A stretch of 64,000 nucleotides of DNA from Aureliella sp. (GCA_963691875.1 OY829846.1:800001-864000), one strand, 5' to 3'. Counted from the first letter of the stretch, positions 39,024 to 49,395 are shown. Notes: a model not told the origin generated them from the sequence alone. Translations and numbers: made by a program.

Positions 39024-40379
39024 CTACTGAGAAGTCGGAGGCTGCCAAGGAACGCGACCTGCCGCCTGAATGTGTCGCTGCAGCGCATTCATCAATTCGT
39101 TGGCGATCTTTCCTTCAGCGGCTTGCGGAGTTTCTTCGAAAAAATCTTCCTCCAAGTTGACAAGCACCATCGGCTCAAAAGGAGAACTCTGCTGAAGCTT
39201 CCACCGCCCCCGACGAATAGCATAGTAACAACGCCCCTGGTAGCGACGATTCCCTTCTCGTCGCATCCATACCAAAGTCCGCTCTTCCGCTTGCGCGCCA
39301 TCCAACCAGCTTGCTTTCAGGCTCACTCCGTCGACCGAGTCAGTAACTTCCGCTCCAGCGATGTCACATAGGGTGGGCAGAAAATCCATGGTGATCCCAA
39401 TGGTGTCAGATTGCCGCGGCTCGATCTCGTTTGGCCACACAACACAAGTCGGCACACGGATGCCACCTTCCCAGTGATCTTGCTTTCCGCCGCGCAACGG
39501 CAAGTTTCGTTGACTATGAGGAATGGAGCCCCCATTATCCGAGGTGAAGATGACAATCGTATCGTCTTCGACTCCGTTTTCTCTGAGCGATTCGAGTACT
39601 CTGCCAACTCCGTGATCGAGATGTTCAATCAAGGCAACATTGCGAGCACGTTTGTCGTCGAGCTGTGGCTCGCGATTCTTGACTTTCGCAAGCCAGTCGG
39701 CGGGTGGCTGAATCGGAAAGTGAGGCGCGTTGTAAGCGAGGTAAAGAAAAAATGGCTGCTCGGACTTACTTTGTTCATCAATGTAATCACAGGCCCACTG
39801 CGAAAACAGATCCGTCGCGTGCCCTTCTGGATCGATCTCCATTTCGTTCAGCCGCATCCAGTTCACGCCACCGCGCCGGTGCGTGTAATAGTCATCCATC
39901 ATGTCGGCCAGAAAGCCATGGAAGTGCTCAAAGCCACGATGATTCGGTACGTTAGGCTTCTTGAAGCCCAAGTGCCACTTGCCAACCATGCCGGTGTTGT
40001 AACCAGTGGCCTTCAAATAATCTGGCAGCGTCTTGGCAGCAGGATCTAGATATCCCCACGAGTTTGCAGCAACCTGACGAATGACTCCCGGCACGCCGGC
40101 CTTGTCTGGATAGCGTCCCGTGAGCAGAGCAGCTCGCGTCGGAGAGCAAACGGTGCAGTTGGCGTAGAACTGATTCAATCGCAACCCGCGACTCATCAAA
40201 CGGTCTAGCTCAGGCGTCTCCATGTCGTCGGCACCGAAACAAGCTAGATCTCCGTATCCCAGATCGTCCACCAAGATCAGCACAATGTTCGGCTGCTTTG
40301 CAAATGCAGGCTGCCCATAGACGGCGAACAAAAGAAAGCAGCAAGCTAAGACGGACATGGTTCGCAATAGATTCGACAT
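39024..40379 (-). CDS. Arylsulfatase-family sulfatase
   Basis: PNIVLILVDDLGYGD, CSPTRAALLTGRYP, GKWHLG, NAPHFP, FTSDNG, EGGIRVP. Confidence 0.93.
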   Translation of the reverse strand: MSNLLRTMSVLACCFLLFAVYGQPAFAKQPNIVLILVDDLGYGDLACFGADDMETPELDRLMSRGLRLNQFYANCTVCSPTRAALLTGRYPDKAGVPGVIRQVAANSWGYLDPAAKTLPDYLKATGYNTGMVGKWHLGFKKPNVPNHRGFEHFHGFLADMMDDYYTHRRGGVNWMRLNEMEIDPEGHATDLFSQWACDYIDEQSKSEQPFFLYLAYNAPHFPIQPPADWLAKVKNREPQLDDKRARNVALIEHLDHGVGRVLESLRENGVEDDTIVIFTSDNGGSIPHSQRNLPLRGGKQDHWEGGIRVPTCVVWPNEIEPRQSDTIGITMDFLPTLCDIAGAEVTDSVDGVSLKASWLDGAQAEERTLVWMRREGNRRYQGRCYYAIRRGRWKLQQSSPFEPMVLVNLEEDFFEETPQAAEGKIANELMNALQRHIQAAGRVPWQPPTSQ

Positions 40380-40490
40380 GCTGACTCGCAGAAAGAAATG
40401 GGTGACTCTATCAAAGCGTCAATTCTACTCCAATCGCCGCGAGAGAAGTGCCTTAGAACCAAGGGCTGATCAGAGTTTCACATTATCGAA

Positions 40491-40560
40491 GTGAGCCGTA
40501 CGCTCTAGCGTGGGGCTAAACCAAGAAGACGCTGACCCGCGGCTACCGCCGTCGGCGCAC
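40491..40560. repeat. REP-like palindromic doublet
   Basis: Two inverted 25-nt arms, GTGAGCCGTACGCTCTAGCGTGGGG and (reverse complement) GTGCGCCGACGGCGGTAGCCGCGGG, each with an internal hairpin. Confidence 0.55.
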
Positions 40561-40586
40561 AGAGTGAAATTTTCATTTACCGTGCC

Positions 40587-43500
40587 TTAGAACTTGGACG
40601 GCTTTTTCATGTTGTCTTTCGGCATGCGATCGATCAACAAAGCAAAGGGATCTACCCCGACCTTCGCAGGCCTCTCATCGACGATGAACTCAAAGCTCGA
40701 TTCTTCATTGGTGATCTTCATTCTTTCTCGGTGAAGTGTCTCCCCGTAGCGGCGTCCAGATTCTGGCTCAGCAAAAGCACCTATCTCAATCCAATCGTTC
40801 ACAGGAACTTCAGTTTCTTTCCCTTTCTCGTCAGCCCGAAACTTCTTGCATTCAATCTCGAGGCGAATCTTGTACTTGCCGATTGCAAGTTCTTCGTAGC
40901 TTGCTGACTTGGTGCGATTGGCAAACAACGTGATCTCCTCGAACAGATCATTAACCAGATACTTCAAGTCATCGGGAGTTACCTCGCGAAGCCCATTCAC
41001 CAAGTCCAAGGAAGTCGGGTATGGCGTTTCTTTGTAGCCAAATCGATCTACCAAACCCTTCAGGACACCGTTGATCTTGTCTTCGCCAATCATCTCCTTC
41101 AGGTAATACATCGCACAGCTACCCTTACGGTAGTGGATGTAGCCTTGCGACGACTCGACCGTCAACAGCGGGCGCTCCTTGAGGCTTTCGCTACCACGCG
41201 CTCTCAAGTAACTATCCATCTCGTACTGCAAAAACTTGCGCATGATATCCCGCCCAAAAGTCTTCTCCATGACCATTAAGGCGGAGTACTGCGCAAGAGT
41301 TTCAGACAACAGCGTCGATCCCTGCATGTTGGCACCGATGACTTGATGCGCCCACCATTGATGAGCCATCTCGTGAGCCACGACGTAATAAACCATGTCG
41401 ATATCGTCTTCTTCTCCCAGATCCGCGATAAATCCGATGCCTTCGGAGTAGGGCATCGTGCCGGGAAAAGCTTGGGCAAAGGTCGCGATTCGGGGAAACT
41501 CGATAATCCGAGCTTGCTTGTGTTTGTACGGCCCAAAATTCTCGGAGTAGTACTCGAGAGAATCTCGCATGGACCGCAACATATTGTCTACGTTCCAAAC
41601 GTGATCAGGATGATAGTAGACTTCCAGGTCAACGCCATTCCACTCGTTGACAGCGACTTCATAGTCAGCAGAAATGAAAGAGTAGAAGTTGAGTGAGGGA
41701 TGGTCCACTTTGTAGTGGAAGTAGCGGCGGCCATCCTCTTCCCACGAACGCACAAGCGAACCGGGAGCAATCGCATAATCGTTTGTGGTGCTGATGACTG
41801 TTTCAACCTCGACCCACTCATTGATGCCAGGAATGTAGGACTTCCGGCGATTGTCGATGTCTGCTGGATCGAGCGAAGGCATGAGATTTTCCGTCTCTGG
41901 CAATCCGTAAGTCTTCCGATCACCCTTGTTGGTCAGCTCTTTGCCTGCTTGATATCCAATCTGCGGAGCGAGCATATTGTTGAAGAAGCTTCCGTTTTGG
42001 ACGATGCTGAGTTGTGTGGTCGAATTCTCAAACCCCTTCGGTTCGTAGGAAACGGTGTATTTCATTCCCAGTTCTTCACCAGGCTGCATGGCAGGATTGA
42101 ACTCGTAGATGTAGTAGTCCTGGTCTTCGTGAGCTTCCTTCAAAGTCGCGTTTTCGACTTCAACTTCGGTTTCGTAGCCATCGGCGAAATTCAACAACAG
42201 CAGTTCGATAGGTTCTTTCGAACGATTGATGATCTTTTGGTCACCTGCGAACTCAATCGCACGACGTTCAGGAAAGATGTCGATGTTGTACTTCACCGAG
42301 ATGACGTTTGGCTGCGACATGCCCTCGTGGATCACCTTGAAGTCCTTTTCATAGGAAGCTTGCCGCAATTCGACTTCGGAAGCAGTAAACAACTCGTTGC
42401 GAATGATCGTGTTGTAATAGATCCAGCTGCCAGCGGCGATCCAGAGGGCGAATACGCAACCTGCAGTCACCGCGATCGGGCCACGAAACTGCCTGATCGC
42501 AAAACTCAATCGTTTCTTGACTGTTCGTTCTTTCCCACGCTGCCAAACAAGTATGCAAGCGATACCCAACAAGACAGAGAACAGCATCCAGTAGATCGCA
42601 AATGGCAGGAGACCGCTCACGAATGGAGCGAATCCAAACATATCCGAGTATGTATAGTCAGGCAGACTGCCGTATCGAACCAACCGGGTTGATACCTCCA
42701 ACGCGGACCAAATGAACGCGTTGCAGACAACGAGTATGACAAACAGAAAATAGCCAAGGTACTTATTCGGAGCAACAATATGCGCTGCCATGGAAAGCAA
42801 TACGAGCATCAAAAGGTTGAGCAGGTCGAGACCAAGAATCTCCGTCACGTACAACCCAAGTTGGAAACGCGTGTAACCCTCCGAAGCTTGGACCACGACT
42901 CCCGCGAAGATTCCGATCGTTAGAATGATCATCACGATCAACGTCATGGCAATAAACTTGCCCAGGAAGATCGTCCAAGTAGCTTGAGGCAGTGCGTCTA
43001 ACACCTCATCCAGCTTTGCCTCACGCTCCTTCCAGACCATCACACCTGTGTAAAAGGCGATGATGCCAAGCAAGAAGGCGTACATCGAACCGCGAATGAG
43101 ATCGATCATGTTGTAAGTAACAGGCAGAGCGCCGAGACCAAAACCGACTGCATCCGAGAACAGCAAAGCCACCGACACGTTGATCAACGTCACCAGCGAA
43201 AGAACGATAAACACATTGCTTTTGATCGTCTCGAAGAAGTCCACTTTGACTTGACTAGCGAACTGTTGAAAGCGAGCCCCCGAACCGTGCTGATATCCGA
43301 CTTTCGGAATTTTTCTTGTAGCCTTCACAGACGCTTCCTCAGTGGGACGAGCGTGCCTCGACGTTTTGCGTTCGGCGAAGGAAAAACGCCAGTAGCTAAG
43401 TCCAAGAACGCCCATGCTGATTGCCAGCCACAGAACTCGGTTCGCCAGCACAAGGCCACTCAAGGTGATCACACGCGTATTTCGGTCATCCACGGTCCAG

Positions 43501-44165
43501 TAACGTACCGCGTCGCTGATAGCCATGCTTCCAAAAGGATCCACTAGAGCGGCAAGGGTCTGATTGTCTAGATTCGACACTAGCGCCTGAGCGATCGATC
43601 CTCCCACAATGAGCACAATCGCGGCGATAAAGGCCGCAATCGTACTGCGAGTGAAAATCACCACGGCGAAAATCAAGGCAGTCATGATGATCGCGTTCGG
43701 AGCAGCAGCAGTCACAAAGCCCCAGAAATGCGCCGACCAAAAGACGGGTCCCCATTCCTCCGCGCCAATGAAGGAAACCCGCGGTGCCAACAAGACTCCG
43801 AGCGACACTCCCAGCAAAGGCACCATGGCGACAAGGGCCGAACCCCAGAAACGCCCCATCACAAACGCAAACTTACTTATCGGCTTCGTGAACAACAACT
43901 GATGCGTGTTGTAGGTAAAGTCTCTCGCCGCCGCTCCATTAGCAAACGCCGCAGTCATGATCACAGAGATCGTAGACATCGCGACGTACATCATCTGGAT
44001 CGTGTATGGCGAGTTGCGATTCGAGTTGTCCAGCGAGCCTCCAACTTGAACGTTATCACTCGCCACTGCTCCCGTGACCAAAGCGGTGATGATGACCAGA
44101 AAAACATAGACCATCATCGAACGGAGCCAGTAGTTCAGTTCGAAGCGAAAGAATGCACCAAACAT
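40587..44165 (-). CDS. ABC-2 type permease / M1 aminopeptidase fusion protein
   Basis: About 13 TM segments in two permease-like halves, then a soluble domain with FAQAFPG, HEMAHQWW...SETLAQY and YIHYRKG. Confidence 0.9.
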   Translation of the reverse strand: MFGAFFRFELNYWLRSMMVYVFLVIITALVTGAVASDNVQVGGSLDNSNRNSPYTIQMMYVAMSTISVIMTAAFANGAAARDFTYNTHQLLFTKPISKFAFVMGRFWGSALVAMVPLLGVSLGVLLAPRVSFIGAEEWGPVFWSAHFWGFVTAAAPNAIIMTALIFAVVIFTRSTIAAFIAAIVLIVGGSIAQALVSNLDNQTLAALVDPFGSMAISDAVRYWTVDDRNTRVITLSGLVLANRVLWLAISMGVLGLSYWRFSFAERKTSRHARPTEEASVKATRKIPKVGYQHGSGARFQQFASQVKVDFFETIKSNVFIVLSLVTLINVSVALLFSDAVGFGLGALPVTYNMIDLIRGSMYAFLLGIIAFYTGVMVWKEREAKLDEVLDALPQATWTIFLGKFIAMTLIVMIILTIGIFAGVVVQASEGYTRFQLGLYVTEILGLDLLNLLMLVLLSMAAHIVAPNKYLGYFLFVILVVCNAFIWSALEVSTRLVRYGSLPDYTYSDMFGFAPFVSGLLPFAIYWMLFSVLLGIACILVWQRGKERTVKKRLSFAIRQFRGPIAVTAGCVFALWIAAGSWIYYNTIIRNELFTASEVELRQASYEKDFKVIHEGMSQPNVISVKYNIDIFPERRAIEFAGDQKIINRSKEPIELLLLNFADGYETEVEVENATLKEAHEDQDYYIYEFNPAMQPGEELGMKYTVSYEPKGFENSTTQLSIVQNGSFFNNMLAPQIGYQAGKELTNKGDRKTYGLPETENLMPSLDPADIDNRRKSYIPGINEWVEVETVISTTNDYAIAPGSLVRSWEEDGRRYFHYKVDHPSLNFYSFISADYEVAVNEWNGVDLEVYYHPDHVWNVDNMLRSMRDSLEYYSENFGPYKHKQARIIEFPRIATFAQAFPGTMPYSEGIGFIADLGEEDDIDMVYYVVAHEMAHQWWAHQVIGANMQGSTLLSETLAQYSALMVMEKTFGRDIMRKFLQYEMDSYLRARGSESLKERPLLTVESSQGYIHYRKGSCAMYYLKEMIGEDKINGVLKGLVDRFGYKETPYPTSLDLVNGLREVTPDDLKYLVNDLFEEITLFANRTKSASYEELAIGKYKIRLEIECKKFRADEKGKETEVPVNDWIEIGAFAEPESGRRYGETLHRERMKITNEESSFEFIVDERPAKVGVDPFALLIDRMPKDNMKKPSKF

Positions 44166-44230
44166 ATTAGAAGACTTTCAAGCAGAGAAGCGGCGAGAAG
44201 CAAGAGGCAGCTTGAGGGCGAATGAAGACA

Positions 44231-45118
44231 CTACGCACTCAAAGCTTTTTGCCTAGCATTGATCTGCGTAAAGAACACATCTTCCAAATCCGGTTCAACC
44301 GGAGTGAACCCATCGCCTGGATCTTCTTCGCTGCGAATGTGAATTAGCGGCCTGCCGGCAACCAACTTGGTCGAAATGATAGGATGCCGAGCCTCAATCT
44401 CACCTAACTCGTCTTTCGAAACCGACTTTTGCCAGATCTGCCCAGCTAGTTCCGATTCAGCATCTACCGGCGTACCCGCAAACAACAGCTTGCCGAGATT
44501 GATAATCGCCATCTGAGTACAGAGCTCTTTCACGTCCTGAACGATGTGCGTCGAAAGAATTACGATTACATTTTCGCCTACCTCAGCCAGCAAGTTGTAG
44601 AAGCGATTCCGTTCGCCTGGGTCCAGCCCGGCTGTTGGCTCGTCGACGATGAGTAGTTTCGGATCACCAATCAACGCCTGTGCAATTCCGAAACGCTGCT
44701 TCATCCCGCCCGAGAAAGAGCTTATTGCCTTGCGAGCATGCTGTGTAAGATTGACTCGCTCAAGCATTGCCCCAACGAGCTCCTTGCGCTCCCCGCGATT
44801 GGTAACACCCTTTAGGATCGCAATATGATCCAGCATGGCACGAGCGGATGTCTTGGGGTAAACGCCAAACTCTTGCGGCAGATAGCCGAGGATTCTCCGA
44901 ACCGCTTCTCTATCCCCCAGTACGTCAAGGGCATCGAGATGCACCCTGCCGGAATCTGGCTCTTGAAGCGTTGCCAATGTTCGCATCAAGGTTGACTTGC
45001 CAGCACCGTTTGGCCCCAAAAGCCCATACATGCCTTTAGGGATCGTCATCGAAACGTTATCCAAAGCCCTTACGCCGTTTGGATAAGTCTTAGTGAGGTT
45101 CTCAATTACTAATTGCAT
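44231..45118 (-). CDS. ABC transporter ATP-binding protein
   Basis: GPNGAGKST, FSGGMKQR, LIVDEP, ILSTH. Start set at MQLVIENL. Confidence 0.95.
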   Translation of the reverse strand: MQLVIENLTKTYPNGVRALDNVSMTIPKGMYGLLGPNGAGKSTLMRTLATLQEPDSGRVHLDALDVLGDREAVRRILGYLPQEFGVYPKTSARAMLDHIAILKGVTNRGERKELVGAMLERVNLTQHARKAISSFSGGMKQRFGIAQALIGDPKLLIVDEPTAGLDPGERNRFYNLLAEVGENVIVILSTHIVQDVKELCTQMAIINLGKLLFAGTPVDAESELAGQIWQKSVSKDELGEIEARHPIISTKLVAGRPLIHIRSEEDPGDGFTPVEPDLEDVFFTQINARQKALSA

Positions 45119-45449
45119 AGGGGTTTCTTGCCATTTCGAGGAGAGAGCGATCGCGCCACGAGCCCGCTGCAACGGGCAGAGATAAGTGGTGCAAGTCATC
45201 TTCGCAGAACTACCCGATCTCGCGTGGTGCTGACGCAGACAACTTGTGGAGATCATTCGACCCGCAATGCGAATTCTTGGCCCTCGCCAAAAGAATTTGA
45301 GGCGCGGCAATTGCTACTAATTCGCGAGCGACAGAACCAACTAGTAGAACTGGCCCAAGAGCAACCCCCATTCGATTGCGTCCAGATGCAGTTGAGAGCA
45401 AACTCTATGAGCCGCCGGCGCCAGCCGCGGGACTGCCTTCGTCGAGGAT

Positions 45450-45590
45450 TTACGGATTGAGCAAACGCTCGGCCATCGCTTGAAGCCCTTCGTTAGGATG
45501 CCTACCAGAAAGCTCCGCCATAGCTTCTAGAGATTCTTCGCTACCGATACCTCGAAGTGCGATCAATGCCCACTGTATGGTCTGCGGCTG
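45450..45590 (-). pseudogene. Orphan 3' end of a helical (HEAT-repeat-like) protein
   Basis: QPQTIQWALIALRGIGSEESLEAMAELSGRHPNEGLQAMAERLLNP* is protein-like only up to about 45590, where the plus-strand gene takes over. Confidence 0.4.
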
Positions 45591-46159
45591 GCAAACAAGT
45601 GAGCTGCCCATTCTGCGAGAAGACAATAATAGTTCCTTTACAGAATTCGGCTCCGAGTCACCCCGCACCGACTCAGCCTTCCGGGAACATCCTTTTCAGT
45701 TTCGATCAGGAACTCCCGCGACTTGAAACCACTGCCGGTGGAGCGACTCAAAACCCTTACGCGGTCAGCCAACAGAGCTATGCAGCTCCCCAGCAGCAAA
45801 TTGGCAACAGCCCCGTACAGTACATCGTTGTCGGGATCATCTTTATTGTATTTGGAGTTTTGTGGGTCTTAGGTTCCTGCGTAGCGACCATAAGGCGCAC
45901 CCAGGAGGATCCCAATTTTCTGGCAACGCCCGAGGGCCAGGGCTACCTCTTCGGAATGCTGACACTAATTATTTTTTCGCTCGGAGCGATCATCGGTGGC
46001 ATCTCGTTTGTTTCGGCCGGAAGCAAACGCAACGCTCGGGCGGCCTCGATTCTCGCCTGTATCCCGTGCCTTTGCGTCGGCCTCGCAATTCCCTTTGGAA
46101 TCTGGGGCTGTGTTCTCACTTTTAGCGAATCGGCCGATCGATACTTCCGTAAGCCCTGA
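45566..46159 (+). CDS. Hypothetical membrane protein with half zinc ribbon (probably 5'-truncated)
   Basis: AGKQVSCPFC (second knuckle only), NPYA motif, 3-4 TM segments, ILACIPC...IPFGIWG. Confidence 0.65.
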   Translation: MPTVWSAAGKQVSCPFCEKTIIVPLQNSAPSHPAPTQPSGNILFSFDQELPRLETTAGGATQNPYAVSQQSYAAPQQQIGNSPVQYIVVGIIFIVFGVLWVLGSCVATIRRTQEDPNFLATPEGQGYLFGMLTLIIFSLGAIIGGISFVSAGSKRNARAASILACIPCLCVGLAIPFGIWGCVLTFSESADRYFRKP

Positions 46160-46404
46160 TGCGATTTGAGCACTTCGCCTCAATCCTGCAGGACGAACTG
46201 AAGAACCGGCGCAAGCCGCCCCTCTTAAGACAAGCAGCACGCAGCAGGCGACTGAGTTACACGCGTCCGGCATGGCGTCCCAAAGCGCGGGAAATTGACG
46301 TCGCCGGCTTTCGCAATGCCATTCGCTCGACTCTAATGCGTCTGCGTAAGCTTACTCTCTTGAAATCAGCGATGAACACAAGGAACACGTGACGAGGACG
46401 AACG

Positions 46405-46953
46405 ATGAGTGATCGAATTGTGATGCGAACTGGTGAGAGCTTGGTTGCTGGTGGACCACCTTTTACTGCCGCCGAGCCCGAAGTCGTCATCGGAGAACTT
46501 GACGGTCCTGTCGGAACAGCCATCGCAACCTTGACGGGTGATCAGGCAATGGGGCACTCCAAAGTCTTCGCCATCTTGGATACGGACATACAAGTACGTC
46601 CAGTCACGCTGATGGTCAGCAAAGTGACCGTGAAGAACAGCGCATACACGAATATCTTGATGGGCACAGTCCAAGCAGCAATTGCTAATGGCGTTTTGGA
46701 CGCCGTGCGGGCAGGAGATATTCCCAAGGAAAAAGCCAACGACCTTGGCATCGTCTGTTCGGTATGGCTCAATCCGGGCGCTGCCACAGACAAGAATCTG
46801 GATCACAAAGCCCTTTTTGAAATCCATCGCACGGCGATGGCACAGGCAATTCACAAAGCGATGAATAACGAGCCCTCAATCGACTGGCTATTGGATAACC
46901 AAGATAAAATCACCCACAAGTACTATCAACGCGGACTCGACGGAAAGCTTTGA
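46405..46953 (+). CDS. fae: Formaldehyde-activating enzyme family protein (H4MPT-dependent)
   Basis: GESLVAGG, VIGELDGPVG, GHSKVFAIL, RPVTLMVSKVTVK, GTVQAAIANGVLDAVRAGDIPKE, AIHKAMNNEPSIDWLL; GAGGA RBS upstream. Confidence 0.9.
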   Translation: MSDRIVMRTGESLVAGGPPFTAAEPEVVIGELDGPVGTAIATLTGDQAMGHSKVFAILDTDIQVRPVTLMVSKVTVKNSAYTNILMGTVQAAIANGVLDAVRAGDIPKEKANDLGIVCSVWLNPGAATDKNLDHKALFEIHRTAMAQAIHKAMNNEPSIDWLLDNQDKITHKYYQRGLDGKL

Positions 46954-47188
46954 TAGCACTAACAATTCCGATTTTCGGAGCGGCATCAAACTCTCTATTC
47001 AATAGCCCAACCAACCGACACCGAACGTCACTCCGGCGTATGGCCAACGAGCAATTGTGCCGATCAGGCTGCGGGCTGGGATGAGGAAGGAATTATGGCG
47101 AAACCCACTTCGCGGAAGATATGAGTGACACAAGGTTGGGTTAGAATGATCGGACTCCTGACCGACATAACTCACTTGGCTTCTATCT

Positions 47189-49276
47189 ATGCTGCGTCAA
47201 TTGCTGTTTCTAACTATCGGGCTCTACTGCCTAGAATCTGTCGCATCGGCCCAGGACGTGACGCGGCCCAACGTTATCCTGTTTATGGCAGATGACATGG
47301 GAATGGGCGACACAAGCGCCTACCAAGATTTAGCTGGGAATGCCGACCGGGATCAGGTCGATACGCCGAGCATGGAACGACTGGCCAAGATGGGTGTTCG
47401 TTTCAGCGACGCACATACTCCAACGTCTCGATGCTCTGGAACTCGTTACGGACTTCTCACCGGCCGATACCCATGGCGGAATCGCTTGAAGCACTGGGTG
47501 TTGTTCGGTGCACAGGGTGATCCCATGATCGAGCAAGATAGGCCCACGCTGGCGAGCCTGTTTCGCGATGCGGGATATCGGAGCGGCATGGTCGGCAAGT
47601 GGCACGCTGGCTTGCGGTATCGACGAAGTGATGGCAGCCCAGCAGCAGGTTGGGAGGATGCAGATCTGAGGCAGGAGTTGCACACTTCTCCCGTCGATCA
47701 CGGTTTTGACTACGCAAGGTTTACTTCGCGTTCTCATGGCACCTCCGGCCCCGATGCATCGCAGAGCGACCCCAAGAAAGTGAAATTCAACGGTCCCGGG
47801 CACGTACACAATCGGACCGTCATGGCTGCCACGGATGCTTCGAAGCAATTGAAAACCGCAGGACCCGACGCCTACATTCTGAGCGAGTTGGGAGGACGAC
47901 ACCTTAAACATGCAAAAGAGTTTCTCTCTGCACATGTAGGTAAGGCCGAGACAAGACAGAAGCCATTCTTTCTCTACTATCCCTCGAACTCCAACCATGG
48001 CCCCTACACTCCCGACCAGGAGATCGCTGGTCGCCAGATCAAAGGGGCTGCACGTTCGAAGTCCGGGGACCCGATGGGTCTCCGCTATGACTTCATTTAT
48101 GAGAATGACGTCGCACTCGGCTTGCTCATTGATTGGCTTGAAGCCACAGAAGACCCTCGGAGCCCTGGGAATAAGTTAATCGAGAACACGATCGTGATCT
48201 TCACCAGTGACAATGGAGCCGAGATCAAGGCGAAAACTGCCACCGGCCCCGTACGCGCGAACAAAGGCTCTGCTTTCGAAGGAGGGCATCGTGTGCCGTA
48301 CATCGTCTCGTGGCCTGCTGGCGCCGTGGGAGATGGAAACCCGAAATCCCAGGGGCAAACGAACCACACACGCGTCAACTTGTTGGACTGTTTCGCCACA
48401 TTCTCAGATGTGCTGAAGCTTCCTCTGCCAGAACTGACCGATAGCGAGAAGGGAGCGGAAGATAGTTGGTCAGTGCTCCAGGCATGGCGTGGCGCCACCC
48501 TCAAACCACAACATCCGATTTTTCACAATGATCACAACGACAAGAAACGCGATCGAGCCGCTTGTGCGGTACGCATCGATGATCCAATGATTGATGGCCA
48601 AGTCGTCAAAGGTAAGTGGAAGATATTCTACGACGCAAGTTTGATTCGTTTCGGCAGGACAAAAGCAACGGCACTTTATAATCTCGAGCTTGATCCGATG
48701 GAACAGACTGATTTGTTAGGCAGTCGAAAAGACGACGGTTTGGTGCTGCATCTTTCTCGGCTCGCTAGAGAGCACCGCAATGCCGGTGGGCTCAGATATG
48801 CGTCGTCGGAAGTAGCTCGGGCGACGGTCTTCGATTTCACGAAGCCAGCACAAGGTTCGGGATCCAGCTTGCAGCTTGAACAAAACGGGCTTGTGATAGA
48901 GGTAACCGGTTCCAGCGATCTGATTCAATCGAGCAAAGGGCTGGGTGTAAAGGGCGGCGGCAATGAGCGGGCAGTGGACTCAGGAGAACAGCTCGCAATT
49001 CGTTTTGATCGAGATGTCGTCATCGAGAATGTGGCAATATCGGCAGGCAAAGGCATCTGCGGCGGTTTCTACCAAGTTAGCGATGCGGCTCCGATGGCAA
49101 TCTACTGCATCGATGCTGACAACGACGCGCAGGATCAACGCGGCAATCTGAGCGACATTGGCTACTTGCCGAAAGGTGCGGCACTTAAGCTAGATAGTTC
49201 CCCACACTTTGGTGTCGAGTCAGCCGGAACATGGGTGCTGCAATCGCTCAGAGTACGAGCGGTTGAGCGCGAATAG
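47189..49276 (+). CDS. Sulfatase-family protein with C-terminal beta-rich domain
   Basis: PNVILFMADDMGMGD, CSGTRYGLLTGRY, GKWH, FTSDNG, EGGHRVP, LYNLELDPME. Confidence 0.88.
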   Translation: MLRQLLFLTIGLYCLESVASAQDVTRPNVILFMADDMGMGDTSAYQDLAGNADRDQVDTPSMERLAKMGVRFSDAHTPTSRCSGTRYGLLTGRYPWRNRLKHWVLFGAQGDPMIEQDRPTLASLFRDAGYRSGMVGKWHAGLRYRRSDGSPAAGWEDADLRQELHTSPVDHGFDYARFTSRSHGTSGPDASQSDPKKVKFNGPGHVHNRTVMAATDASKQLKTAGPDAYILSELGGRHLKHAKEFLSAHVGKAETRQKPFFLYYPSNSNHGPYTPDQEIAGRQIKGAARSKSGDPMGLRYDFIYENDVALGLLIDWLEATEDPRSPGNKLIENTIVIFTSDNGAEIKAKTATGPVRANKGSAFEGGHRVPYIVSWPAGAVGDGNPKSQGQTNHTRVNLLDCFATFSDVLKLPLPELTDSEKGAEDSWSVLQAWRGATLKPQHPIFHNDHNDKKRDRAACAVRIDDPMIDGQVVKGKWKIFYDASLIRFGRTKATALYNLELDPMEQTDLLGSRKDDGLVLHLSRLAREHRNAGGLRYASSEVARATVFDFTKPAQGSGSSLQLEQNGLVIEVTGSSDLIQSSKGLGVKGGGNERAVDSGEQLAIRFDRDVVIENVAISAGKGICGGFYQVSDAAPMAIYCIDADNDAQDQRGNLSDIGYLPKGAALKLDSSPHFGVESAGTWVLQSLRVRAVERE

Positions 49277-49395
49277 AATGCTAGCCGATCACGTGGTTCC
49301 TTTGCGTTCTACGTGAGATTAGCTTTTAGCTCGTCCCACGTCCGAAGGATCAAAACTAGTCACAGTTCCGATACGACGAAGTGGGCAGCGACGCG

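Noticed and set aside
41700..42692. Long antisense ORFs (for example 330 aa here, and 11481-12230, 3558-4277)
   Set aside because: Shadow frames opposite well-supported genes, with no motifs of their own.
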